From the NCBI RefSeq assembly GCF_001194135.2, contig NC_068985.1, positions 69,322,997 to 69,386,996 on the forward strand: a DNA stretch of 64,000 nucleotides. The letters are read 5' to 3'. The notes under the pieces were generated by a model. It was not told where the DNA came from, made no database searches, and saw only the letters and a program-made list of their open reading frames with translations. This DNA comes from Octopus bimaculoides. Its lineage: Eukaryota. Below are positions 25,901 to 39,139 of the stretch, one piece after another (the first letter of the stretch is position 1; each line of letters begins with the position of its first letter). The position numbers were made by a program, and so were the translations under genes.

Positions 25901-26516
25901 ATTTACGTAGCACAAGAACTGCGTTGCGTTGTATTCCAATTATAGTATTTACCTTTTGCGGCAGACGTTCAAATGCTCTGTCTTTAAACCTCTTACATTC
26001 GGTTATAGTATAATCTTATTCGCTAAACTGAGTTTCAAGGTACGTATGCTTATTTATTGGCGGCGCCGGATAAGGCAACACTAGAAAGAAATATAAATAT
26101 TTAGAATTGTCTTATAAAATTATGGCACTGAATAACGCAAAATATAAGTTTTTAAATATTTTCTGCATTGTAGTTTATCAAATTAATCACGAAGAATTAT
26201 ATGCCAACCCTTCACATTTTACCCTAGATAAAATATAGTCTTTGTCTTAAGTCAACTAATAAGCAATTGTTATCAGGTATGGCGCCCACTTAGAGTTCTG
26301 AAACAATTAGACTTACAGTTATTGTTCAATATTTCCATTCTCACAGAGATCTCTAAAAGAAAGAAAAAATATAGAGTATCGAGTTAAACTCCATTGAATT
26401 AAACACAACGAAGACAGTATCCGGGCCTTAACCAAACGTATCATTCATCGCCCTGGATTTGGGGACTATTTTTCATTAAATGTGTTGGTTGTATCATTGC
26501 TTACTGATAAGAATAA

Positions 26517-29500
26517 CACAAGTCTGTATTTTTAAATGTCATAAATCATTATTGACTACTTATAGCTGATTCTAAACCATTTTATAATATTGATTTTGAA
26601 TATGTTTTTAATTTTCGCCTATTACGTACAGATTTTGCACAAATGGGTGCCAAAGATATGTTCACGTTTCTTGTCATTCATTCTCTTTTGTAACAGACTT
26701 TTAGATTTAAAAAAGTATGATAAAATTACGAACAAATGACTAGAGAAATAATTTTAAAAAAAGATATGAATAATATGTGTAAGCCTACATATTGATTGAA
26801 TATATATTTTTAATGCACTTACCAGGGCTCTAATGCAATGTTACTCTTTTTCAAGCCTCCTTTTCTTTGATTTCCTTCCAGGTTTTGGTAGATGCTTATA
26901 GTCTCTCTTTAGGGCTCAGAAGTAATCCATCGTCATGTTTACATGCCACCTCCTCTGGTACCTCCGCTCTATTTCTTTAACGTCCTGGTGAAATCTCTCA
27001 CCGTGTTCAACGCTTAGATTTCCAAGGAATTCTGGGAAATAGCCGAGTTGTGAGTAAAGTAAGTGCATTTTAACACAGACGTTGCATTCAAGTTAATTGA
27101 AGTTTTGGAACATGGTATCAACTATGACTTTGTAATTGGAACACTTATTATTTCACAAAAAGTTCTCGACAAAACACTTGAAGCTCACCAATGCCTGTTG
27201 TCAGACTCATTCATTAATTTCTCATACTCTAAAACACAAATATTCCAGCTTTAACTTTTCTCACTGACTATATTTAGGAATATTTTTGAGAGATACTGCA
27301 AACATGTCTTGCAGACAAAGATGGTAGCAGTAATTTAGTAGATTCAAAACACAGGTTCGTGCAAAATGTTTTTGTATCCAAGAAACACACATCTCCTTTG
27401 TGGCCAGATTTTAACCACCTAGTGCTTTTCATTAGCTCTTCAGTCCCATTCACATAAGGAACCACGACATTTTCGTGTAACCTGCTTGTTGGCCTGAAAG
27501 CATGCGCACAATTTCGCAATCTCCACACACATGCCAGTGATATTCTGCATAATTTATATTTTATATTTTTTACATTTTAATACGTCTAATTTAGTAATAC
27601 AGAATGTACTATTGGAATGGATGAATACTTATTTCCATAGTGTAGCAAGACAGCCTCCAAACTCCTTTTGGAGGAATCATTGAATAGCCACGGTTCGGAG
27701 GGATGGCTCTCGATCCCAAAATAGTTTAGAAGGTTTGGAATATTATAGCAAAATGCAACTGATTCATTCTCAGCAAAGAATGGTAACAACTCTTGTTCTC
27801 TGTGACTATACCAAGGAAAGAAGTTTGCCGGTGATAAAAACGTTTTCATTTGTAGCCTAGAACCAAGAAGTTCCGGTGCATCTTTTGGTAGGTTAAGATT
27901 TCTCACGAAATCTTGTGTAAATAACTGTGGACATTATATTTTGCCAGTAGTGTAGTTATCATCTCTTCTTCACATTTTCTTCTTCCTCACTATCTGATGT
28001 AACATTCTTCAAAACAATTGAGGGGGGAGGGGTGAGAGTAACTAGAAAGTCAGTTCCACGTGTAATAGACCGTATAACCGAGGGAATACTATTATACACT
28101 ATCTTATGTTTATTTTCTGCACTGTACCCATCAACTTTACTCATGCAGAAATAACAATTGTCAACGTAGTTACTCGGTTCTCGCCACACCATTGGTATTT
28201 CTTACTGCCTTTCCAGAGTCGCAACTCCCCCACAAAAGTGCGACATGCTTTGTGTGGAGCCCAAGGTTTGTCTTCATCACCGATTTTAACATCAAAATAA
28301 GCGAAATGTAGATTTTTATACAAGATCAATTATACACTGAACCGCAAAAGAAACGTGTTTTTTCAAATGTCAATTTTATACGGTGATGTAAGTGTACATA
28401 TTCCAAGACATGCTGGTTTATGGCGGAGACCCAAATTGTAGGTAACCTTTCAACTTTCCCTGAAACGAGACACCAAAACGCAGCTGCTTTGAATGCCGAG
28501 ATTGGCTCTAGCAAAACATTGTCATGAAAACCGAAGTGCATGTGTATCTAAGTGAGGTTATGGATATAAAAAGCACTTGGACCGCGTTCCTGGAATTCGT
28601 AATTTGGACACATCAGGTATGACTCGATTGTCAGCAGCGCAGAGAGGACAAGCTATGAACCGATTGCAAGCGGGGTAGTGTGCCCAGGATGTTGCGAAAA
28701 CTTACAATATCCATGTAAGCACCATCTATCGTCAGCAACAACGATACAACTACACCAACAGCACTGCAGACCATCCCGCAGAGGGCGCGCGCGGGTGGCT
28801 ACACCCAGGCAGGACCGCTCTATCTACCTGCAACACCTCTGTGACCGCTTCAGACCGGCCAGCGCAACGGCTCGTGAAACCTTTGGCAGTGGACAGCGAC
28901 CCATCAGCGAGAACATAGTAAAACGTCGACTGGCCGCCAACAAACTGCGTTGCCGTTGTCCTGCTCGAGAACCTGTCCTCACCGCACGCCACCGTCAGGC
29001 ATGACTATAGTGGGATACACAGCACCAACACTGGTGGCATCAACAATGAAAGTCGATAGTCTCCTCTGACGAGAGCCGATACTGAGTTTCCACCTTGGAT
29101 GTCAGAGTGAGGGTGTGAAGTAGGAAGGGCGAACGATACAGAGACCACATGTGATGGAGTGAGACACGTGGCGTGACCAAAGCATCATGGTTTGGAATGC
29201 TATAGGCCAGAATCATAGAACTGACCCCGTCAAGGTCACGTCGTCTGTCTGAGTTGCCAACAGCTGGTTTATAAGCTTTATATTGGCCGCTATTTTAACT
29301 TTACTAATGTAAACTAATATTTTATAGCAATCTGTTTTGTTGAACAAAATAAATTGGATAATACCTGTCGTGTGTTTCTTTGATTACATAATACAGAAAA
29401 AAAAAACAAAGCTTTATCACTGAAAAACTAGACATGATTGAGAAAAAAAAACTACTAACAAATCTGAAATCAGCGTAAAAAAAATTACCTAAAAACATTT

Positions 29501-29527
29501 AAACATAGAAAGTCATGCAGACTTGTG
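26517..29527 (-). mobile_element. Chapaev3-like (CMC superfamily) DNA transposon with both termini, decayed transposase
   Basis: Perfect 10-bp TIR CACAAGTCTG (26517-26526) / CAGACTTGTG (29518-29527), flanked by TAA and TGA. Minus-strand motifs FAYFDVKIGDEDKPWAPHKAC, MVWREPSNYVDNCYFC, LPKDAPELLGSRL, LFNDSSKRSLEAVLLHYGNKYSSIPI, GNLSVEHGERFHQDVKEIERRYQ. Family name is from recall of Chapaev3 transposases. Confidence 0.85.
28570..29230 (+). mobile_element. Tc1-family transposase fragment (HTH region to first catalytic Asp), no TIRs, inside the Chapaev-like element
   Basis: ATG at 28619: MTRLSAAQRGQAMNRLQAG..DVAKTYNIHVSTIYR..RRGRARVATPRQDRSIYLQHLCDRFRPASATA..VKRRL..PVLTARHRQA..SSDESR..IMVWNAI; contains stops and frameshifts. 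Confidence 0.92.
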
Positions 29528-32500
29528 TGATCAATATAAAGAAGGAACAGGCGCTTCTATTCTCCTACAATACTGCTGGCTGATGAAAGTCACATTGTCT
29601 TGCTTGCTTCAACAAACAGTTATACTAATGGTTGATAAACATATAGACTGGATTGAATTACGGAAATTTAAAAACAAAAACACATGGTTCCAGATCCCAT
29701 TAAAGAGGAGTAAGAAAGTATACGCATAAAGTCCATAACACCATCATCTTCTTAAATGTCTGAGTCGATGCCATCACACTTTCGATGAATTTATACGTCC
29801 TCTAACATCACATCATGTAACAAATATCAACTGTTTGTTGCTCCTATGCTCTCTTTTTTACGGTTTATTTTTCAAAAATTCTAATTTAATTTTAGACTAA
29901 GTTGTTTTCTGATTTTGCTCATCTGGGTACGACAACGAACATTTTGGAGCCATCTACATGTTTACTGAAGTGAGATGTTTTCATGTATGACAGGTTGTCG
30001 CGACATACAAAACGAGCTAAACTCAGAAACGTCTAAAAGCAAATGTAGTGCCGCAGTATAGAAGCATATTCTTATGCTATTAAATTTAGAATATACTAAA
30101 CTGCATGCGATTTTATTCTGAAGGTGCACTGCATTCAGAGAGAAGTTCATTGTGTAGAACTGCAGACAAAATCTAAGGATACACTTCAACTTCACGTCGT
30201 CCCGGAATATTTTCTTGAGATAGTGCAACAACAATAAAAATGCAACTGATTCTAATATCTTTATCTTGTTCATCAAATCCCCAATGTCAGTGTTTGAAAA
30301 TAGCATTTTCGATTTTTATGAAGAGCCGACTGTGAAATCTACTCAAAACAACTGAGTAAAAAGCATATTGTGCGCCCTTTTCATCGCGTCTGTCCTCCAA
30401 TGAAAGACCTTAGAATTACCGGTAACTAAAATTCGGAAACTTAGGTCTAATAATACTTTTTGTTAGTATTTTATTTCTATTACTCTGTTCCTCGGGGCAA
30501 GGAATTCACTAAATAATATAAATATTGCTGTAATATTGCAATATAAATGGTCAAGTCTCACTAGATTCGAAGAATACTTCTCTCGCTATAAATAGATCTG
30601 TAAACTATTTCTCCTACCGTCAGCTAATGGATTGTATTATTGAATTGAAATTTGGTTTAAATTAATTAACATTTTTTACTATTTACACTACAATAATGAA
30701 AATAATTCTTCAGCTATAGACATGCAAGAAAGGGTGTGCAATGCACTAGCAGAATATTTGCAGAAATATACACAGTTGCTACATCACACACATGCACACA
30801 TACGCAAGTGCATAAGTACACACATATGCATATAAAATAAATAAAATTAGGCGTAAAATACAGTGTGATTAGAATCAGAATCTTGCAGGAGATTTACATT
30901 CTAAACCAACAAACTTTGAACCGCTTGATCACACTAAATTGGCAAATAAATAGAATACAAATACATGTACACACATGTGTATACGTGTATAAACGTGTAT
31001 CTATCAATATGTATACATACATTATACATATAATCATATATGTGTGTGTATGAGCCTATTGATCATCTATCTATACAACTTTCTTTTTGCTATGCAAGCA
31101 CAAGTATTAATATAGCGATGCTCACTCAGGCACCAACATATATGTGTATACCCGCACACAAATATACACACATATATATATACATATACACTAGCATACG
31201 TAACTACACATATATGACTGTATTTAAGAATGTGTGTACATATTTATATGCCGGCACAAAGACTAACTCATTCAGGTACCATTACGCATGCATATATAAA
31301 TAGTAGTCATAAAATAGCATAAGAAAATATTTATACATAAACACTGACATAAATTTGGATGAAGGCTCACAATTATCTATATGTGGCTGTCTCCCAAGCA
31401 GGCTTATCTTGAAAATTGTGATTTATATAGGATATAAAACACTGAAGCATGCTGGGACATACGAACATAAAATTATTTATCAATAATGCATACCTTCACA
31501 TAACCAATCTTCCATTAGATGTGAAAGTATGCTTATATGGAAATACATATGCGTCTATAGATGTAAAGGTCCAAGTATGTGTGAGTCTATATTTATATCT
31601 AACAATGTGTGTATAGTATATATTTGTGGCAATGGAATATATATTGTCTTTGTAATAATAATAAAAAATAGCATATCTTTGAGGAAAATTTTTGTGAACT
31701 TCTATGTAAACTCTCATAGAAATATATTTTATGTACAAGCACTTTCAAGTACACACCTATATACGCAACTATTCTTGCGGACACACAAATCACAGGCCGA
31801 CACACACATTCGAACGCACACACACGCACAGACATGCATGCGTACGCGCAAGGACACACATGCACATACACACATATGAACGCCAATCTCTTAAACACGC
31901 AACCATATGCGCGAACGAATACACACATATACATACAGGCAAATATGAAAGCTAAAATTTAGAAACAAGATATACTTCTGTTTTAAAAACGGAAAATGAT
32001 ATAGAAAATCTTTTTCTTCATTAAATTCGATAATTCTCTCTTACTCAATTTCCTGCTTTCATACTCCTCGGAATAAAGATCTCTTATTTCTTGGAAAACG
32101 GCATCTAGCAAATTTGTCATGTTTATATTTGTTATTACATATTTTACTGCCCAGGAGAAGTGTGTTGACTATGATATTTGCAGAGCCTCACATTTCTGGA
32201 CAGGAACGCATATTGATGCAGGATCTTGTTTGATATTGTTGCAACATGAAAAACACGAATAAATTTATCAATGTCCAAATAGTATTGATAAATTAAGAAG
32301 AATTTAAAGTGACGCCCCGTAGTTAATATAAAGCTATTTAGATTAGACTTTTATAGAATGTTTCTATTAATTACTTGAGTATAGGAACAGAGCCCTCGTG
32401 GATCGATTGAAGACGTAGCTCCTGTTGTCTGTAATGATATATCCCAGTAGGACATATACAAATCTATTCCTATGGATTTATGCGCAGCCTCCACACACTG

Positions 32501-33699
32501 TAATCCATAGAAAATTTAACCCTCTGTTAATAGCAAAACTTATTTACAATATGCCACTTTTATGCCTACGTGAACAAACTAGCCACAAAAGTAACTTCGT
32601 AAGAACGTTTTTAGTGCGTTTTTAAAAGGTAGACATGACATCGGTAGTTATCACACTTTTAGATTTTCTTCTACTCTGTTCCATTTTAGTTCAATCACTT
32701 CTGCATGTTTCCACATTTTAACGTTTATGTTTTTATCACCATGGTCTCTGATGACTCACAACGTGTGAATATAATAGGGTCTATTGATTTCATATCATTC
32801 CAGTTAATGTCGTCCTTATATGAAATAAATGAACCTAGTAATACTCTCACGAAAACCAATCTAATCTTTTTCCCCTGTTCTAGCTATTAACTATTACGCG
32901 TTAATTATGGCTAGCTCAACTACTAATAAGCCAAATGACTAATATTTAAATAACATAGCATTAATATATTTTCTCTATTTACTATTAATATAGACTGCAG
33001 AAGAAAAGCAACAGTGTGGCCAACAGTAACGACATAATTACGTTAAGATTAATTTTTAAAATTATTTGTTGTACATTATAAGTATGAAAAAGTGCTCATC
33101 TGCGAATAAAGGATATCAAATGTGAGCATCAACGAGTTCCCTGCGAGGAAAAATTAAATTTGAGATCATCGCCCAACAGTATTTGAAAAACCACAAAAGA
33201 AATGAAAGAAAAGTAATTTTAATGTAATTCATTTAATGTAATTCATTTCAAGTCGAAAGATTTCCTTCGTATGAAGCATTATTACTGCCAGAAACGGTAT
33301 CACAGCAAAACATGTTCCCTCAAAAAGTTAACACTAAGCAGGTAGGTTCATCTCCTACGGTAACTGCCCAAACGGAAAACAAAATTAGGGGATAACGATG
33401 GACAGATGAAGACTGCATTGGTATATTACATGCATTCTACTTTGCGACACAATACCGGGATATCCATAGCAATAATATAAGAAAGATTTGAGATTTTGAG
33501 GAGAAAATAATACAGATACAATGAAAAACATTATGCAAAATATATTTTCAAACATTGGACGCGAAAAGAAAGTTCCCGAAACCAAAATAGACAAACTCAT
33601 ACACAAAATGGACTGAAAATAAACCGAAACTCCTAACAACTCAAAAGAATGGGCTAAAATTAAAGAAAAGATGCATCTCAAACTGTCATACTACATGTG

Positions 33700-35040
33700 T
33701 GTGGAATTTTAGCGGCAATGTACTGTACAGAGAGCGCGGTGGGGCAGTGCTCAATTTGAACTTCACCACCTACCACGTAATATGCGGCATCTTTCGGACA
33801 GGGATTAGTGGTTCTTCAAAATGCCTATAATAGATGAAGATATACAGGTCGCGATGACTAGTTGCACAAGTGAGGAGTCTCCGGAGTTGGATGGTCTGCC
33901 CTTCGTGTTTTATCGTTATATCCCAAAGTTTTCAGTGATCTTTTGGCGGATGTCTAACACTACTGGCTACAAAATGGGAGAATTCCCAGTGCTGTGATCC
34001 GCGATGTAGAGGTCATGCTAAGAAAAGACTCGAACAATGGGAAACTAAATAGATAGTTATAGTCACGTAACTCTCTTAAATGCAGATTATAGGATTATAT
34101 CGAAGACGTGTGTCAAGAGGTTGACACTTGTCGTCAATTAATTGGTGACGCGCCGAAACGTGCTGTCCCAGATACATCTATCCCCAACAACCTCCAGCTC
34201 ATGTCTTCAGTCTTACAGTGTTTTAGTAAGAAACCGTACATGGGCGGGACCTCGATCAATTTGGTTCAATCAAAAACTTTTGATAGGGTAGATCACCAAT
34301 GCTTGGAGGCTGTCCTCGCATCGGTTGGTTTCAGTCCCGTCTCCAGAGGCTGGATCACTGTGCTGGCTGTCCATCTGCTGTCACCAGCTGCTGAGTGCAG
34401 TCGGTATTCATGCGATGGTTAATGGTGTGAGGACATGTACAGATGCTTCCATATCTCCAGCGCTTCCTTAACAGTAAGCAAGTGTGGTCACCGTTTGCTG
34501 GACAGGATTTTCTAGAGCTGCTCTCATTGTCGGAGGTATACAGTGGATCAAGCGTAGATGGAAAAATGGAGCTTGACACTTGCAGTGTTACAAGCCCTCA
34601 AAGGTCTCACAGCCCACAGCCAGTTGGCAATACAGACGGTGAAAGTACCACATTGGAGTTCTGTAGGGGATCAGTGGCGAGCAAGAGCGATGACTTCATC
34701 GGTAAACTCCGGACGTCGGGGGAGATCAAATGGCTGGCCTTTTCCGGTAGACTTGTGGGCAGGAACCTATGAATAATTTATAGAAATATCTGGCCTGGGA
34801 GTGCCACCTGGGAGGGGCGCTACCGTTCCAGAAAGCAATACAGGCACGGAAGTGCTGTCAAACAGACTTGCCCGAGATGTGTGTAGAGTTATATAATAGC
34901 TCTGTATGCTTTCATCCAGTTTCCAGACATCGATGACTTGAGGAGCTTTGTAGAACTTGACAAATGTGTCCTCAGGGAAGCAATGAAGAAAATGCAACAG
35001 ACAAGATGACCTAACACTTTGCTTTCTTCTAAATAAATGT
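33700..35040 (+). mobile_element. Decayed L1/Tx1-clade ORF2 (reverse transcriptase to 3' end)
   Basis: EDIQVAMTSCTSEESPELDGLPFVFY, VTLLNADYRIISK and INLVQSKTFDRVDHQCLEAVLASVGFSPVSRGWI match L1/Tx1 RT motifs; heavily deleted. Confidence 0.85.
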
Positions 35041-35534
35041 ATGCATCTTCTAGGCAACATAATGAGACAACAGCGTTAGACTGCCAATATAAAAAAAACA
35101 TGCGAAAGAAGAGTTTACTATTAAAATTGAAATGTATTCGTTCTAGCGAATCATTAGAATACACTCAAGATGTCAGTGCGTATGAACATGGCGGGTCTCA
35201 AGCAGTTGTTAATGTTGCGTTCCTTTGCACTGGAATACAATTTTAAAATACGTTACGCGAAGTTCTAAGGGTATGTAACTCATTGTAGGCCGACAATTTT
35301 TGATGCTATATTTGTTTTAATAGTACATGTATGTTTAATTATTGTGTGCTTTATTGTACTATTCTATTATTACCTTGCTAACATGTGTGTATGTGCATGT
35401 GGGTACATGTGTGTTAATGTATGTGTGTATATGTGTATATTTACATTTGTGTATATGTAAATATTTGTAGATATATGTGTTTATATGTGTTTATGTGTAG
35501 GTGTGTTTAATTTTTTTAATTTTAAAAGTGGAGT

Positions 35535-35625
35535 GCACTGTACGTTCTGGGTTCAATTCCCACCAAGGCCGGACTTACTCTACATTCTTTTGGGGTCGAT
35601 GAAATTACGTACCAGCATAGACTGA
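35535..35625 (+). mobile_element. Truncated family-1 SINE
   Basis: TACGTTCTGGGTTCAATTCCCACCAAGG...CATTCTTTTGGGGTCGATGAAATTACGTACCAG. Confidence 0.7.
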
Positions 35626-36177
35626 TTATACAGGTAGTTGTTTAACATATAAGAAAGGTTAAACATAAAACAAATTTAAAAAAAAACAATCTCTTTCAAT
35701 AAAGACATTTTTTGATCATATAAATAGTGAAATAAATAACTGAAAAGATGTGTCTGAAATAAATTTTTTGAACAGTTTTTAGAGAAAAATTGAAATAAAT
35801 TACTGATATACCGAAATATTTATTTTCATGTATGTGTAAGTAAAGGTTACTGGAGAGCAAAAGAAATGATTCCATCCTGACACTCAGCTAAAACTTCTAA
35901 TGGCATTTTTTTCTTAATATAAATGTGTTTGTCTCTACATAGTTAATTCACAACAATATTTTCTAACTAAAGTTCATTTGATGGCATTTTTTACTGTCTT
36001 TGAAGGACACACATTAAAGATTCTTCTCTATCAACCCAAAATAAAAGTTAAAGTTTTTACTTTTCTTGACATTTAAGTAATGCTTACGTATACTCCTATA
36101 TATTTAAGTATGTGTATATAAGCATGTGCGCACACACACATGCTCTCTCTCTCTCTCCCTCTCTCTCTCTCTCTCTC

Positions 36178-36197
36178 NNNNNNNNNNNNNNNNNNNN
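36178..36197. other. Assembly gap (N run) between (CT)n and (AT)n
   Basis: Run of N. Confidence 1.
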
Positions 36198-36249
36198 TAT
36201 ATATACATATGTATATACATACATATATACATTCATACATACATACATT

Positions 36250-36800
36250 ACCACTCTCAAGAAGACCTAAAAACATTTTGTCTCAAAGACGGGAACGAAA
36301 AGAGGGATTTCAGCCATACTGCATCTTTGCTAAATGTAGTAAGGGGAGACTACTGTACCAACTTCGCTAGAAGTGACGGGATAAATTTCACTGTAGCTGT
36401 AGGCAAACTGCATAATGGAAAACACTGGACCTTATAGTTGAATACTACTACAAGAGGCTTACATTTTTTCAAGAAGTCACTGATATGTATATTCAGCAGC
36501 ATTGTGGAACGCCAGGTTGACACATGGAATGGAATTGTCTTAGCAGAGACGAATCTTGTAGTCGACAATGAAATCACCGAGTTACCAGAAAATTATAGAC
36601 CCAATGCTTGCCTAAACATTACGTACAAATTTACACAAGCTGCATAAACCATTTCCTCCAAGAAGGGAGTGCGGGTATGTGACGATGAACAAAGCTCTAC
36701 AAGTATAGCTTGATTATAGGAGGGCATTTGACTGTATTTCCCACTCAATCCTGCTGAAGTGTCTCACGTGGCAAATGTGACTGCTACCTTAATTGAGAGG
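36250..36800 (+). mobile_element. R4/Dong-like non-LTR retrotransposon RT fragment
   Basis: FTVAVGKLHNGK...IFSSIV...ETNLVVDNEITELPENYRPNACLNITYK resembles the KLxNWKAPG...PENYRPIACLNxxYK motif of R4-clade RTs. Confidence 0.7.
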
Positions 36801-37263
36801 CTCACAGACACTTGACTACAATTCTTACACTTAGACCTGAGAGCAAAACTATCGTCCCTAATATTATAAATATTCTATTTATTTTGGTATTTAACTCATT
36901 ATCACTCCTGCTACAAATATGAAATTACTACATGATGTGTCCTGAAATCGTTAGAGATTTTAATGTAGCCCATAATTTCTTTGTGAATGATTAAAAAAAT
37001 TGCGCTAAAAATTTTGAAAATGACAAAAAATTAGCAGGAATTAATAACAACGGATGTCATCTGAGACAGGAAACGTATTTGTCCATAAGAAACGTTCATA
37101 GTTGATGGCTGAATGTGTAAAACAGTTCCCCGAAACAAAACCTGTGTCTCGATGGTCTTACTAACTCTCCTGTTGTACACAAATAATGTTACGAGTACCT
37201 ACACCTTAATAAAAACATATCACCCAATACATTTTTTAAATCCTAGTTTATTACTCAATACCT

Positions 37264-37535
37264 CTCTTGCCGAACCGCTATGCAACGAGGAAGTAAACAC
37301 ACCAATAGCGATTGTAAAGTGGTGATGGGGAACAAACACAGACATAAAGACACACACACACCTATATATATAAATATACTTATATACGACGGGCTTTCAG
37401 TTTCTGTCCAGCAAATCCACAAGGATTTTGATCGACCCGAGGCTATAATAGAAGTTACTCACCGAAGTTGTCACGCAGTGGAAAGAAACAGCATCTGTGT
37501 GGTTAGAAAGTAAACTTCTTACCACACAACTACCA
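37264..37535 (-). mobile_element. tRNA-derived octopus SINE (family 2) with internal (CA)/(TA) tract
   Basis: TTGCCGAACCGCTA..GTAAACACACCA..ACAAACACAGACA..ATACGACGGGCTTTCAGTTTC..CAAATCCAC..GACCCGAGGCTATA..CACGCAGTGG..CTTCTTACCACACAAC. Confidence 0.85.
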
Positions 37536-37879
37536 CTAAATAGAATGCATATAAAATATACTTTCGATACAAATTGATTATAATCCCTACGTGTTTCGAA
37601 CACTCAGCCGTTTGATCTGGTGTGTGACGTGCTTGATGATCCACAGATCCTTGTTCCAGAATACGTCGCAGTTGAATAATTTGAACTGCCTCGTAAATGA
37701 TAATTTGAATGTGGTTTGTTTGTGTTCGTAGTGTAAATTTGTAGTAGATTTAAAATTACTGATATATCGGGCCATTCTTCATGAGCTAACAATTTTGCTT
37801 TACAAAATTGAAGAGGTACATCACCATTTTTCGAAATGCAATTCATGGTGTCTGATTATATTGTGTTTTCTCTTGTAAA

Positions 37880-38945
37880 TCAATGTTTGTTAACCGATGG
37901 ATAGATAAAAAATATGCGTTGTTTATGAGTATCAGTTCCGTCGTGGAAACAATGCATTCCAGACAGCTCGAAATATCGATGAGGCGTTTGGTGAAGATGT
38001 GGCAAATAAGCGCGCTGTACGTGGATGGATTGAGAATTTACGGTCTGGTAACTTTACCTTTGAAAATCAGCCCTGTGGTAGAGCTGAGAACAAGGTGAAT
38101 AACGATGAACTGGAAACTATAGTGGAAGCGGATACATCTCAAACTACGCGTAATTTAGCAGCAAGGCTTGATGTTTCAATTTCAACTGTATTGGACCATC
38201 TGAAACAAATCGGCAATGTAAAGAAGCTGGACAAGTGGGTACCGCATGAAATGAAAAGACATCAAATGGCACGTCTTCTTGAAACTTGCCGTTCTTTGTG
38301 GCACGATGTAAAAGCGAACCATTTTTGCATCGCATTGTTACACGTAATGAAAAATGGATTCTTTTCAACAATAGCGACCGTTCTACACGGTGGATGAATA
38401 GAGACGTATTGCCAAAACACAACCCCAACAAGAATATTATCAAAAAAAGCTAATGGTGCTTGTTTGGTATTCCAGCGCTGGTGTTGACCACTATAGCTTC
38501 ATGAAACTCGGTACGTCAATTACATGTATAAATCAACCAATTGAATGAAATGATGATTGAATTTGCAATTAAACAACCGAGATTGGTGAATAGAGACAAG
38601 CCAAATCTTTTACGAGATAATGCTCGACAATATGTTGCACAAAGAACGCTACTCAAATTACAGGAAGTGAGCTTGGAAGTAATCTGTTATTCTCCATATT
38701 CACTAGACCTTGGACCAACTGACTATAACGTTTTCCAGGCATTAGACATTTTGGAAGGAAAAACTTCAAATCTGAAGAAGATACGAAAAGCAACCTTCCG
38801 TGAGTTTTATCACTTCTTGCTCTCCAGAATCCTTCGCTGCCGGCATAAATAAGCTACAGACAAAATGGCAAATTTGTGTTGGTAATTTAGGTGCATACAT
38901 CGATTAAAAGCATTGAGATAGAATTAAAAAAAACATTCAGTTCAT
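37880..38945 (+). mobile_element. Decayed mariner (DD34D-type) transposase
   Basis: YEYQFRRGNNAFQTARNIDEAFGE..WIENLRSGNF..KKLDKWVPHEM..KKLMVLVW..LLRDNARQY..YSPYSLDLGPTDY; stops and frameshifts present; TIRs not found. Confidence 0.92.
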
Positions 38946-38949
38946 TTTT

Positions 38950-39050
38950 AAGCCTGAAGAAGGGACTTGTATGTCGTGAAATATTGGATACATATAAAAC
39001 CAAAGATTACCAGGTAACTTACTCTTAGTTTACGTTACCGCATCTTAAAA
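38950..39050 (+). mobile_element. Penelope-like terminal fragment
   Basis: GCCTGAAGAAGGGACTTGTATGTCGTGAAATATTGG, a CTGAAGA-stem-GAAA motif typical of PLE ends. Confidence 0.45.
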
Positions 39051-39139
39051 TCTATCTACATTGTTTAGCCTTTTAAATCTTGCAACATTATAATCCATAT
39101 ACATTGCTTTAAGCGAACTATAAAATCTTATTAAATAAA

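Noticed and set aside
29700-30400. Possible further DNA-transposon remnant (ORF 29962-30306)
   Set aside because: No catalytic motif or TIR could be identified.
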